From Gemmatimonadota bacterium (GTDB taxonomy: Bacteria > Gemmatimonadota > Gemmatimonadetes > Gemmatimonadales > Gemmatimonadaceae), in NCBI GenBank assembly GCA_031372565.1, contig JANMLN010000032.1:1-64000 (forward strand): 64,000 bases of DNA. Direction: 5' to 3'. Position numbers and translations under genes: made by a program. Below the pieces are notes generated by a model that was given only the letters and a program-made list of their open reading frames with translations, did not search any database and was not told the DNA's origin. Below, one piece after another: positions 30,656 through 40,487 of this stretch. Position 1 is the stretch's first letter, and the number at the start of each line of letters is the position of its first letter.

Positions 30656-31972
30656 CTAGCGGCCGCGTTCGCCCAGCGTCACCGTGCAGGGGACGCGGAC
30701 GCCGTCGCGCAGCACCACGATGAGCACCGTTTCGCCCGGCTTGTGTGCGTACAGGGCGTCGGTATACGAGTACAAGTCCTTCACCGCCGCGCCAGCGAGT
30801 TCCACGATCACGTCGCCCGCCTTGAGGCCACCCTTGTCCGCCGGGCTGCCCGCGCGCACGCCGCTCAGTCGCAGCCCCGGTGTGCTTCCGGCCGCCATGT
30901 CGGGAATGGAGCCCAGGTACGTGTTCGACCCTTCGCGGCTCGATCCTCCGCGCGCGACCGGCGCCGGCGCGCGCACGAAGCTCAGCGGGCCCGCGCGATC
31001 CGCGATGTCGCGAATCGCACGCTCGGCGAACGCCACCACCTTCGCCTCGCCGCCGGCGTTGATCTTCGAGGCAACGTCGGTCGCGCGATGATAGTCGTCG
31101 TGCAAGTCGGTGAAGAGGTGCAAGACGGGCAGGTTCTTGGCGTAGAAGCTCGAGTGGTCGCTGGGGCCGAAGCCGTCGCCCACGGCCGAGATCGCGAGCT
31201 TGGGCGCCGTGTTCGCCGACTCGACGATGCCCGGCAGTTCGACCGCCGTCGCGACGCCGTACACGATGAGCTTGTCGTCGCGCAGGCGGCCCACCATGTC
31301 GAAGTTGACCATGGCGCGCACGTTGGCCAGCGGCACCGGCGAGTGATCGGCCCAGTACGCCGAACCCAGCAGGCCGAGTTCTTCGCCGCTGAACGTCGTG
31401 AAGATGATCGAGCGCCTGGCCGGATGCCGCGCGAACAGTCGCGCCAGTTCGAGCACGGCCGCGACCCCCGACGCATTGTCATCGGCGCCGTGGCGGATCG
31501 CGTTTCGGGCGTCCGGATCGAGGGAGAAGTCGCCGGAGCGTCCCAGGTGATCCATGTGGGCGCCGACGATGACGTACTCGCCAGCCAACGCCGGGTCGCT
31601 CCCCTTGAGCATCCCCACGACGTTGGTCGCGGCCAACGGTGCCGGTGGCGCATCGGTGTGACGCGCCGCAATCGGCTTGGCGAGATACGGCATGAGGTAC
31701 GACGTCGGGCAGTCGCCCGCGCAGCGCGAGTCACGCGGGACGATCGGCGCGAGCGCGAGCGCCACGAACCGGTCGCGCACGTAGGCAGCGGCCGAATCGA
31801 GACCGGCGGTTCCCGTGGCGCGGCCCTCGCGTGCGCTGTCCGCCAGCCAGCTCACGTCGCGTCGGATCGAGAGCGAATCGGCGCCCTCGAGCGTGGAGAC
31901 GCCACGGGGACCGCGGCAGGCGGCCGGGAGCGTGAGGCAGACAAGCAGGGCGAGGCGTGCAGACGGGCGCAT
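30656..31972 (-). CDS. M28 peptidase with C-terminal PDZ domain, probable lipoprotein
   Basis: LPAAC lipobox-like; GAHMDHLG, GADDNASG, SGEELG, NFDMVG, SDH, DYH; YLGSIPD...GSPADKGG (PDZ). Confidence 0.92.
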   Translation of the reverse strand: MRPSARLALLVCLTLPAACRGPRGVSTLEGADSLSIRRDVSWLADSAREGRATGTAGLDSAAAYVRDRFVALALAPIVPRDSRCAGDCPTSYLMPYLAKPIAARHTDAPPAPLAATNVVGMLKGSDPALAGEYVIVGAHMDHLGRSGDFSLDPDARNAIRHGADDNASGVAAVLELARLFARHPARRSIIFTTFSGEELGLLGSAYWADHSPVPLANVRAMVNFDMVGRLRDDKLIVYGVATAVELPGIVESANTAPKLAISAVGDGFGPSDHSSFYAKNLPVLHLFTDLHDDYHRATDVASKINAGGEAKVVAFAERAIRDIADRAGPLSFVRAPAPVARGGSSREGSNTYLGSIPDMAAGSTPGLRLSGVRAGSPADKGGLKAGDVIVELAGAAVKDLYSYTDALYAHKPGETVLIVVLRDGVRVPCTVTLGERGR

Positions 31973-32121
31973 GGCAAGGGCTGGGGCTCGAGGAATACGG
32001 GAAATCTCGCCCGGAGCGACCGAGCGGCAAAGCGGCGTCTTGAGACGCAAACCGATGGCGGGACCCCCGGGCGGACCCTACCTTACCCGAGACGCTCTCC
32101 CCGTGAGAGCGCACCGACGCC

Positions 32122-33735
32122 ATGGACTACTCCGCGATCTTCGCTCGGCACTTCGCGCGTCTCGTAGGGCTTCTCGTCACCGAGGGCTCTTCGGTCGACG
32201 AGCAGAAGGTGTCGCTTCGCGCCGCCCTTCAGTTCTCGAAGGAGGGGACGGTGCTGATCGCGCGCGAGGACCGACGCGTGCTCGCGGACGGCGTCATCGT
32301 CTCCGAGGTGTTCCCGGGGGTCAAGGAGTTCGGCGCACGGCTCCAGTCGCATGGCGTCAAGGAGCTGCTGTTTGCCAAGGACGCGCATGCGGTCGAGGTG
32401 CTGGGCGTCGCGCGGCTGCTCGGTGGACCGCAAGCCGAAGCCGACGGCGGCCGCAGCTTTCACGCGCTGTTCCGGGCGTTGGGCGCGAACACGGTCGCCA
32501 TCACGACCGACATCCGCATGGAGGCGCGTCCTGACGACGAGGACGAAGAGGAGGAGGATGACGTGCAGGACACGACGATGTCGATCTTCGGCGTCCGCTC
32601 GGTCCTCTCGCAAGCCCAGCTCCCTGGTTCCGCCCCGAAGCACCTGATCGAACGACTGGCCAAGAAGAAGACGGCGGCGGGCGTGGCCAAGATCCTCGAC
32701 AAGCTGGCCGTGCTCGCCGAGGCGCTCCACCGCGAGGGGAACGCGACGGAAGTCGTGGCGTGCTTTCTGGGGCTCATCCAGCTCGAGCAGACCGCCCCCA
32801 ACACCGACGCCAAGCGCGCCTACATCCAGACCGTCCGTCGTCTCGCCAAGGCGCCCATCCTCACCTCGGTCGCGCGCCTCGTGCGCAAGCATCCCGATCA
32901 GCGCGAGTGGTATGTGACCATCCTCTCGCGGACAGGCGAAGAAGGCGCGCTCGCGGTCTTCCGCCAGATCATGGCGGCGCCATCGTTGCACGAACGCACG
33001 CTCTACCTGAGTGTCCTCCGGGAACTCTCCGGCGCGGTGCCCGCGCTCGTGCACGCCCTCGCCAATGATCAGTGGTACATGGTGCGCGCGGCCGCCGACA
33101 TTCTCGCCGAACTCAAGCCGGTCGAGGCGGAACAGGGGCTGATCACCCTGCTGAGCCACGCCGATGACCGCGTGCGACGCTCCGCGCTCAAGGCGTTGGC
33201 CGAACTGGGGACGTCGCGGGCCCCGGATGCGATCAAGCGCGGGCTCAAGGACCCGTCGGCGCAGGTCCGGGGCGCGGCCGCGATCGCGCTGGCGGCCATG
33301 CGCGACGTGCGACAGACGACGACCATTGCCACCGCGCTCGAGGACGAGAGCGACGAGGAAGCCCAGTTCACGATCGTCCGCGCCCTCGGCGCCCTCGGCG
33401 GTGCGGACGCGGTGCAGCGACTGATGCGCGCCGCCAGCACCGACAGCGGCCGGTCGTCGCGCATCAAGCGCAACACCTCGCTGCGCCTCTCGGCGATTGC
33501 GGCGCTGGGCAGTGCGCACAGTCCGGCGGCCGTGATGGCGCTCAAGGAACTCGCGAACGACAAGGATCGCGAGGTGCGCGAGGCCGCGCAGCGCGCGCTC
33601 CAGAGTCAGCGCGGAACCCCGTCGGGTTCGATGCGCGCGCTCACGCCGAGCGGGTCCGTCCGCACGCTCGACGCGTCGGACGTGCGGACGCAGCGGAACA
33701 CCACCCCGAAGGGAATTCGCGCTATCGATTCGTGA
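32122..33735 (+). CDS. HEAT-repeat protein
   Basis: Repeated L.D....VR..A..AL units after an acidic linker DDEDEEEEDD. Confidence 0.85.
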   Translation: MDYSAIFARHFARLVGLLVTEGSSVDEQKVSLRAALQFSKEGTVLIAREDRRVLADGVIVSEVFPGVKEFGARLQSHGVKELLFAKDAHAVEVLGVARLLGGPQAEADGGRSFHALFRALGANTVAITTDIRMEARPDDEDEEEEDDVQDTTMSIFGVRSVLSQAQLPGSAPKHLIERLAKKKTAAGVAKILDKLAVLAEALHREGNATEVVACFLGLIQLEQTAPNTDAKRAYIQTVRRLAKAPILTSVARLVRKHPDQREWYVTILSRTGEEGALAVFRQIMAAPSLHERTLYLSVLRELSGAVPALVHALANDQWYMVRAAADILAELKPVEAEQGLITLLSHADDRVRRSALKALAELGTSRAPDAIKRGLKDPSAQVRGAAAIALAAMRDVRQTTTIATALEDESDEEAQFTIVRALGALGGADAVQRLMRAASTDSGRSSRIKRNTSLRLSAIAALGSAHSPAAVMALKELANDKDREVREAAQRALQSQRGTPSGSMRALTPSGSVRTLDASDVRTQRNTTPKGIRAIDS

Positions 33736-34789
33736 AGTCGGTGCCGGCGCCCACGCGTCGGCAGGCTTCGGCGATGACGTCCGCGGCGCGGTCGAGGTCC
33801 ACGAGCGAGACCATCTCGTTGGGCGAGTGCATGTACCGGTTCGGGATGCTCACGAGTGCCGTCGCGACCCCCGACCGCGCCACCTGAATCGCATCGGCGT
33901 CGGTCATCGAGCCGCGTGGCGCCCCGGACATCGTGTGCGGGATCTGCAGGTCGGCGGCCGCGCTCTGCAGCAGCGTCAGCACGACCGGATTGAAGATCGA
34001 CCCGCGCGAGAAGACGGGACCGGAGCCGAGCTTGTGGTCGCCGTGCTCCTTCTTCTCGATGCCGGGGTGATCGGTGGCGAAGGTGACGTCGACCACGATG
34101 GCCATCTGCGGATCGATCCGGTCGGCCGCGACGCGCGCACCACCGCCGGAGAAGCCGATCTCTTCCTGCACGGTGGCGACCGCCACGACCTTGGCCGCAC
34201 CCGGCTTGGCCGCATAGCGGCGCGCGGCCTCGAGGACCACGAAGGCACCGATCCGGTCGTCAATCGAGCGCGACACGATCCGGTCGTGCGGGAAGTCGAG
34301 GGTGCGATGATCGAGGACCCCGGGATCGCCGACCGCGAGGCGCGCTTCCGCTTCGGTGCGGTTGGCAGCGCCGATATCCACCCACAAGTCGGTCATCTTG
34401 GAGCCCTTCTCGCGATCCTCGGGCTTGATGAGGTGGATCGGCTTCTTGCCGATGACCCCCATGACCTCGCCGTTCCGTCCGAGGAAGCGCACGCGCTGCG
34501 CCACGAGCACCTGCGGATCCCATCCACCGATGCCGGCAAACGAGACGAAACCGTCGTCGTCGATATGCACGACCATCAGTCCGATCTCGTCGATGTGGCC
34601 CGCGAGCAGGATCGTGGGCGATCCGCCGGGGTTCACGACTGCGAAGGAGTTCCCCAGCGCGTCGCCCGAGACCTCGGCGAACGTGCGCGCTTCCTCGCGC
34701 CAGGCCTTGGCCGGGATTGTCTCGAAGCCCGACGGCCCGGGAGAGTCGAGGAGCCGCTTGAGGAAGGTGACTGCGCTGGAAGCAAGCAT
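33722..34789 (-). CDS. M42 family metallo-aminopeptidase
   Basis: GPSGFE, GHIDEIG, IGGWD, DDRIG, VQEEIG, VDVT, RYMHSPNE. Confidence 0.94.
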   Translation of the reverse strand: MLASSAVTFLKRLLDSPGPSGFETIPAKAWREEARTFAEVSGDALGNSFAVVNPGGSPTILLAGHIDEIGLMVVHIDDDGFVSFAGIGGWDPQVLVAQRVRFLGRNGEVMGVIGKKPIHLIKPEDREKGSKMTDLWVDIGAANRTEAEARLAVGDPGVLDHRTLDFPHDRIVSRSIDDRIGAFVVLEAARRYAAKPGAAKVVAVATVQEEIGFSGGGARVAADRIDPQMAIVVDVTFATDHPGIEKKEHGDHKLGSGPVFSRGSIFNPVVLTLLQSAAADLQIPHTMSGAPRGSMTDADAIQVARSGVATALVSIPNRYMHSPNEMVSLVDLDRAADVIAEACRRVGAGTDFTNR

Positions 34790-34891
34790 CGCGAAGAGGG
34801 AGAGAGACGAGGGAATGGTAGCGGATCGCACCTGCGCGGGTCCAGCAGGCGCAGCGTCGCCCGCGCGCCCGCTGCACGACGACGCGAGCGG

Positions 34892-35794
34892 CTAGATCAC
34901 GCGCACCGCATGCTGCGCCAAGGGCGCCCCGAACAACGCCGGATGCATCGCCGCCGCCATCGTCGCCACGCCCTCCACGAGCCGTGGCCCCGGGCGGCTG
35001 ACCATCCCGTTCGCATCGAGCGCCCAGACGGGAAGCGCTCGCGCCCATGCCCATTCGTCGCGCGCGAGCAGCTCGTGCGCCGCCGCAATCGCTTCGCGCA
35101 GATCGTAGCCGCAGGGTCCGACGAACAGCACCTCCGGCGCGGCGGCGCGCACGGCATCGGGGCTCACCACGGACGAGTGATCGCCGGGCTTGGCCAGCAC
35201 GTCGATGCCGCCGGCCTTGGCGACCATCTCCGGCACCCAATGGCCACCGGCGAAGAGCGGGTCGGTCCACTCGATGACGGCCACGCGTGGACGCGGCGCC
35301 TTGGCGGCCTTGAGCGTGTCGTGCACGTGCCGCAGCTGCGCGCGCAGGCCATCGATCAGCTCCTCCGCCTCGTCGCGCTCGCCAATGGCATCGGCCACGT
35401 TGATGATGTCCGTGAACACGCCGTCGAGCGTCTTCCCGTCGAGCGTCACGACACGCGGCTGCGGGTCGATCTCGGCGGCAAGCGCCCGGACGTCGCCTTC
35501 GCTCACGGCGCACACATCACAGAGCGCTTGCGTGACGATCACGTCGGGACGCGACGCGCGGATCAGCTCGGCGTCGATCGTGTACAGGGGCGCGCCGGTG
35601 GCGGTGATCGCGCGCACCTGGTCGTCAATCGTGCGCGCCGACGCGGACGAGTCCACGGCCGTCGCGGTCACGCGCGGCAGCGTCGTCACGTCGGCCGGGT
35701 AGTCGCACGAATGCGAGATGCCCCGCAAGTGGCGCGTGGCGCCGAGCGCGGCGACGATCTCGGTGGCGGATGGGAGGAGCGTGATGATGTTCAT
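34892..35794 (-). CDS. BtuF/FhuD-like substrate-binding-fold protein without signal peptide
   Basis: MNIITLLPSATEIV, SHSCDYP, QALCDVCAV, EWTDP, GHWVPEM, SRPGPRL. Confidence 0.85.
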   Translation of the reverse strand: MNIITLLPSATEIVAALGATRHLRGISHSCDYPADVTTLPRVTATAVDSSASARTIDDQVRAITATGAPLYTIDAELIRASRPDVIVTQALCDVCAVSEGDVRALAAEIDPQPRVVTLDGKTLDGVFTDIINVADAIGERDEAEELIDGLRAQLRHVHDTLKAAKAPRPRVAVIEWTDPLFAGGHWVPEMVAKAGGIDVLAKPGDHSSVVSPDAVRAAAPEVLFVGPCGYDLREAIAAAHELLARDEWAWARALPVWALDANGMVSRPGPRLVEGVATMAAAMHPALFGAPLAQHAVRVI

Positions 35795-35876
35795 GTCGAT
35801 CCGAGCGAAGCGAAGAAGCTGCTGGTCCTGTCGGTGGAAGGTTACAAGCAGGTCCTTCGCTGCGCTCAGGACGACA
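35794..35876. repeat. Inverted pair of the REP-like repeat (REPIN/MITE-like)
   Basis: Left arm 35794-35826 matches the reverse complement of right arm 35844-35876 at 26/33 positions; 17-nt spacer. Confidence 0.85.
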
Positions 35877-35879
35877 GGC

Positions 35880-36266
35880 TCACGTCGACGGCACGGGGAA
35901 CAACGCGTACGCTGCCAGCAGCCCGACCACCCCGGCCATGTACACGGTCCAGTCACCGGTGATCAGGAAGAACGCCCCGCCGAACACGGCGGGCCCTTCC
36001 GCCAGGGCCCACGCGATGATCGGCAGCGTCGTGTCGCGCCCGCGCTCGATGCGCTCCCGCAGCACGAGTCGCATCCCCACGAGCCCGGCGAGTGCGAGCC
36101 CCCAGATCACCATCCCGACCGTCCGCATCGTACGCGCCGCCTCGGGCCCGAGTTCCGGTGCGTCACCCATCGTTCGCACGGCAAACGCGACGGCGCCGAA
36201 CACGAGCACGCCGGAGAGCAGCGCGATGCGAACGAGCGTCAATGCTTGTCGTGGCGATCGTGCCAT
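35880..36266 (-). CDS. Small 4-TM hypothetical membrane protein
   Basis: Four hydrophobic segments with WALAEG; ATG abuts the amidohydrolase stop. Confidence 0.75.
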   Translation of the reverse strand: MARSPRQALTLVRIALLSGVLVFGAVAFAVRTMGDAPELGPEAARTMRTVGMVIWGLALAGLVGMRLVLRERIERGRDTTLPIIAWALAEGPAVFGGAFFLITGDWTVYMAGVVGLLAAYALFPVPST

Positions 36267-37937
36267 CTACTTGCGCTCGTACACGGCGCGGCCGCCCAGA
36301 TAGGTCGCCAGCACCTTCGTGTCGAGCAGCTTCTCGGCCGGTGCAGTCATCAGGTCCTGATCGAGGATCACGAAATCGGCGCGCTTGCCGACCGTGATCG
36401 ACCCGAGCTCCTTCTCCTGGAAGCCCGCGTACGCGGCCCAGATCGTCATGCTCTTGAGCGCTTCCTCGCGCGTCATCTTCTCCTGCGCGCGCCAGCCGCC
36501 CGCAGGCCAGTTCTTCGCATCCTGGCGTGTCACGGCCGAGTGAAAGGTGATGAACGGGTTCACCTGCTCGACGGGAAAGTCGGTGCCGTTGGGGATGATC
36601 ACCCCCGTCTTGAGCAGCGAACGCCACGCGTACGCGCCGGTCAGCCGTGCGTCGCCAAGGCGATCCTTCACCCAGTACATGTCGCTCGTCTGGTGGCTCG
36701 TCTGCATGCTCGGGATCACCTTGAGCATCGCGAAGCGGGGAATGTCGGCGGGGTCGAGGATCTGCGCATGCTCGATGCGAAAGCGGTGGTCGCCGCCGCG
36801 TACGTCGCCGAGTGCCTTCTCGTACGCGTCCAGTGCGGTGCGGTTACCCCGGTCGCCGATCTCGTGCGTGTTGACCTGGAAGCCGGCCTTGAGCGCCTTG
36901 GCCGCCACGGTGTAGATCGCGTTCTGGTCCACGATCAGCAGTCCGCGGTTCTTCGCGTCGTCGGCGTATGGCTCGAGCAGGGCGGCGCCACGGGACCCCA
37001 TCGCGCCGTCGCCCAGCACCTTGATGGCGCGGATCCAGAGGCGGCCGTCGTGCAGGCCCGAGCGCGGCCCGATCGTGAGCAGTGAGTCGAGCGCCGGACC
37101 GTTCATGATCATGATGTAGTTGCGGAGGTTGAACTCCCCCGCCTTGGCCATCGATTCGTACGCCGCGATTTCGGCTGGCCCCACCCCCGCGTCATGCACG
37201 CCGGTCAGTCCCCACGCATTCACGTTGGCGATCGCGTTCGTGATCGATGCGCGGAACTCGGCCGGCGTCGGCTTCGGCACCATACGCGTGACCAGTCCCA
37301 TGGCGTTGTCGACGAAGACGCCGGTCGGCTCGCCCTTGGCATCGCGTTCGATCCGTCCGCCAGCCACGTCCTTGGTGGCCGCCGTCACGCCGGCTGCGGC
37401 CAGCGCCTTCGAGTTGGCGAAGATGGCGTGGCCGTCAACGCGCTGCAGCACCACCGGACGATCGCCGACCACGGCATCGAGTGCCGCCTTGTTCGGGAAT
37501 TTCTTCTCCGGCCAGGTGTTCTGGTCCCAGCCGTGCCCTTCGAGCCACGAGCTTCCCGGTGTCGCCTTCGAACGCGCGGCCACGCGCTTGAGCACTTCAG
37601 CCAGCGACGTCGCCCCCGTGAGGTCGACCACGCGCAACGCCTGCGCCAGACTCGACAGGTGCGCGTGCGCGTCGATGATGCCGGGGATGATGTCGCGCCC
37701 CTTTGCATCCATCACCTGCGTGCCCGCCCCCTTGAGCTTGAGCGCCGCCGCCGTGGAACCGACGAAGCTGATGCGCCCCTTGGCAATCGCGAATGCTTCA
37801 GCCGTCGGCGTCTTCTCGTCCACGGTGTGGACGCGCGCGTTGGTGACGACCAACTCGGGCGCCTGTGCGGCCAGCACGACCGGCCCGGCGCACGTGACGA
37901 AGGCGGCCGTGACCACGCGGCGAACGGAGGCAAGCAT
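36267..37937 (-). CDS. Secreted amidohydrolase 3 (YtcJ-like)
   Basis: Signal peptide; PGIIDAHAH, RVDGH, DGAMGSRGA, HEIGD, RIEHAQ, GTDFPVE, GKRADF. Confidence 0.92.
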   Translation of the reverse strand: MLASVRRVVTAAFVTCAGPVVLAAQAPELVVTNARVHTVDEKTPTAEAFAIAKGRISFVGSTAAALKLKGAGTQVMDAKGRDIIPGIIDAHAHLSSLAQALRVVDLTGATSLAEVLKRVAARSKATPGSSWLEGHGWDQNTWPEKKFPNKAALDAVVGDRPVVLQRVDGHAIFANSKALAAAGVTAATKDVAGGRIERDAKGEPTGVFVDNAMGLVTRMVPKPTPAEFRASITNAIANVNAWGLTGVHDAGVGPAEIAAYESMAKAGEFNLRNYIMIMNGPALDSLLTIGPRSGLHDGRLWIRAIKVLGDGAMGSRGAALLEPYADDAKNRGLLIVDQNAIYTVAAKALKAGFQVNTHEIGDRGNRTALDAYEKALGDVRGGDHRFRIEHAQILDPADIPRFAMLKVIPSMQTSHQTSDMYWVKDRLGDARLTGAYAWRSLLKTGVIIPNGTDFPVEQVNPFITFHSAVTRQDAKNWPAGGWRAQEKMTREEALKSMTIWAAYAGFQEKELGSITVGKRADFVILDQDLMTAPAEKLLDTKVLATYLGGRAVYERK

Positions 37938-37993
37938 GAGGTTGGGGATTGGAGGTTTACACCGGACCGGAGCGGCGCACCACGATGCGTGTG

Positions 37994-38917
37994 TCAGCGC
38001 GTGACTCGCGTCCAGACGGCCACGACGCCGCACCGCGAGTCGTCCTGGATGCTGCGACCCGAGAACTCGGCCGGCACCGTCGATGCGCCGCGGTAGATCT
38101 CGATGCCCTCGATGTCACTCGGCTGCACCAGTTCGTCGATCGACATGCCGTTGAGCGGAATGTTCGTGCCGTCGATGAAAAACCGGATCGGGCAGTTGCT
38201 CGAGGTCGTGGCGCCACGCATGACCCACTGGCTCTGCCCGCGGCGGTCCCGGTACTGATAGAACCCGGGCGTCGAGCGAAAGACATCGGACGTGAACTGG
38301 GGCTTGAACGCCATCAGGTCTTCGCGAGTGAAGAATGTCCCGCCCGGATAGCTGAGCTTGCGCGAGTAGAACCCCTGATGAAACACGGAGCGGAAGGTGC
38401 GCGGCGGCGTGAAGACCATCACGTCCGGCAGCACATATGGCCGCGCCATCACCTCGTTGAGGGTCAGGTCCAATGCGCGCGTCTCGCCCTCCTTGAGGTG
38501 CACGGTCAGCGTTTGCGGGAGGTACCCCACACGCCGCGCGGACACGAGCACGGGGCCGGGCTCGACGCCGGACAGGCGCCAGGTGCCGCCACTGCCACTG
38601 CGCGTGCGGAGCGCGGTGCCGATGACCGCGATCTCCGCGTCCATGATCGGTGTGCCGATCGAGTCCTCGACGACGCCGGCGAGCATGGCGACCTGCCGCG
38701 CCGCTGGCTCGGCGTCCTCCGCAGCCGCGGTCGCGACGGTCGGTAGCGACGTCGGGACCGCGGGCGGTACCTCCGCAGCCGCCGTCGGCTTGCTCACGGC
38801 CTTGCGCGCGGCGGCTTTCCGAGTCGTGCCCTGTGCCTGCGCGGTGCCAGCCGCCAGCAGCGCCGCGGCGACTATCGCGCCACCGCGAGCGAGCAGGACC
38901 GGGCAAGAACGAGGCAT
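37994..38917 (-). CDS. Secreted carboxypeptidase-regulatory-like domain plus TonB-plug-like domain protein, no beta-barrel
   Basis: Signal AQA; GVVEDSIGTPI...ARRVGY; CPIRFFIDG...DIEGIEIYRG...CGVVAVWTR. Confidence 0.78.
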   Translation of the reverse strand: MPRSCPVLLARGGAIVAAALLAAGTAQAQGTTRKAAARKAVSKPTAAAEVPPAVPTSLPTVATAAAEDAEPAARQVAMLAGVVEDSIGTPIMDAEIAVIGTALRTRSGSGGTWRLSGVEPGPVLVSARRVGYLPQTLTVHLKEGETRALDLTLNEVMARPYVLPDVMVFTPPRTFRSVFHQGFYSRKLSYPGGTFFTREDLMAFKPQFTSDVFRSTPGFYQYRDRRGQSQWVMRGATTSSNCPIRFFIDGTNIPLNGMSIDELVQPSDIEGIEIYRGASTVPAEFSGRSIQDDSRCGVVAVWTRVTR

Positions 38918-38984
38918 CGCCTGAAGGTAGGGCGGGGAGGGATGTCCCCAGCTACTTGGTAGATGACACCGGGAGGAAGCCCAG

Positions 38985-39566
38985 TCAAGCCGTCGGCAGG
39001 CGAGCGTCGCGCTCGGGAAAGGCGATGTCGGACATCTGCGAGGGCCGGAGGCCCTGTGCCGTGGCGAAGAACCCCCGAAAGACCGCGAGATCTGCCTCGG
39101 TGTCACCGGAGAGAATGACCGGCGCGCTGATCGTCAACGTACGCCGAGAAAAATCGAGCGCCGCGCCGACCACGGGCACACCGGCACCACGTGCGATGTA
39201 GTAGAAACCGCTCTTCCATCCGTTCGACTTGCGACGCGTGCCTTCGGGTGACACGACGAGTATCAGACGGTCCGACTTCCGGAACCATTCGATCGCCTGC
39301 TCGACCACGTTGAGCCGTGCGCTGCGATCGACGGGAATCCCGCCCAGCGCGCGCCAGAGCAGGCCGATCGGCCATGCGAAGAGCGTATGCTTGGCGAGCC
39401 AGCGCGGGCTGAAGCGCAACGCGGCGAGGCCCCACAGGAACATGACGAAGTCCCAGTTGGAGGTATGCGGCGCGCCAATGAGCACGAACTTCGGGAGGTC
39501 CGGCAGCTGACCGATGGTGCGCCAGCCGGCCATCCGCCCGGCGAAACGGACCAGCGCGCCAATCAC
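38985..39566 (-). CDS. Lysophospholipid acyltransferase (PlsC family)
   Basis: APHTSNWD (HxxxxD), GGIPVDR, SPEGTR, WKSGFY. GTG overlaps the upstream TGA. Confidence 0.92.
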   Translation of the reverse strand: MIGALVRFAGRMAGWRTIGQLPDLPKFVLIGAPHTSNWDFVMFLWGLAALRFSPRWLAKHTLFAWPIGLLWRALGGIPVDRSARLNVVEQAIEWFRKSDRLILVVSPEGTRRKSNGWKSGFYYIARGAGVPVVGAALDFSRRTLTISAPVILSGDTEADLAVFRGFFATAQGLRPSQMSDIAFPERDARLPTA

Positions 39567-40474
39567 TCGCGCGGGGGGCGCGAGGGAAGCGGCTGGCCGC
39601 TGGCGACATAGGCCGACCACCACAGGTCACGCAGCATCGTTGCACCGGCGGCGAGGCGCGTGGCCACGAACTGCTTGTGCGTCGCCGCCGCGGTCGTCGT
39701 GTCGAACCGTTCCGCCTTGTCGAGCTCGTAGAGCGGGCGCAGCAGGGCGGCCGTCCGACGCAGATACGCCATCGTCGACTCGCGGACATTCGCCGCCAGG
39801 ACCGCATCGCGCGCTACGAGCGGCTCGACATCGTTGAGTGCGAGGTGCGACTGCACATACGCCGACTCGAACCGATAGTGCATCCGGCGGTCGGTCGCGA
39901 AGCCATCCGGGTTGTCGCCGACCCAGCCGTTGTGGTGAATCGTGGTGTGATGCGGGTTCGCGCCATCCGCGACGTAATGCCCGAGAATGCCGGCGTCGTT
40001 GATGATGCGCGCCTCCAGATGCCGCTTGGTTGCCTCGTCGGTCGCGGCGCGCCAGAGCCTGAAATCGACGCGCAGTGTCTGCACCAGCTCGGTGATGCGG
40101 AACGGCAGGAAGCCCACCGACTGATCCTTGCCCGCAGCGCGCACCGCGGCCAGGTACTCGTAGCGGTCCTTGGCACCGAACGCGGCGTCGGGCGCCCATT
40201 CGAAGTCGATGAAGTGATCGTATCCGGAGCCGCTGGCGAGCGCGGGATCGAGCTGTGACTCGCCAAAGTCGCGCCAACGGTCCGGCTCCGGGTTGAGATA
40301 CACCAGTGCGCCGATCGCGCCGCGGAAAAACGCGGGCATCTCGGCGGGCAGTGCCTTGACCGCCGCTTCGGCCACGAGACGATGCCCGTGGTCGCCCCAG
40401 CGGACGGCCGTGGGGGTGGCGGCGATCAGCAGCAGCGCAGCGGGCAGGAGGGCAAGGCGAATGGGGCGCGGCAT
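39563..40474 (-). CDS. Secreted zinc-dependent phospholipase C / S1-P1 nuclease superfamily protein
   Basis: Signal then WGDHGH, PEPD, HFID, GHYVADGANPHH, HYRFES. Confidence 0.85.
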   Translation of the reverse strand: MPRPIRLALLPAALLLIAATPTAVRWGDHGHRLVAEAAVKALPAEMPAFFRGAIGALVYLNPEPDRWRDFGESQLDPALASGSGYDHFIDFEWAPDAAFGAKDRYEYLAAVRAAGKDQSVGFLPFRITELVQTLRVDFRLWRAATDEATKRHLEARIINDAGILGHYVADGANPHHTTIHHNGWVGDNPDGFATDRRMHYRFESAYVQSHLALNDVEPLVARDAVLAANVRESTMAYLRRTAALLRPLYELDKAERFDTTTAAATHKQFVATRLAAGATMLRDLWWSAYVASGQPLPSRPPRE

Positions 40475-40487
40475 GTCGTGTACGTGA

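Noticed and set aside
35795..35879. Cobalamin riboswitch before the BtuF-like gene
   Set aside because: The space is fully occupied by the REP pair; no B12-box recognisable.
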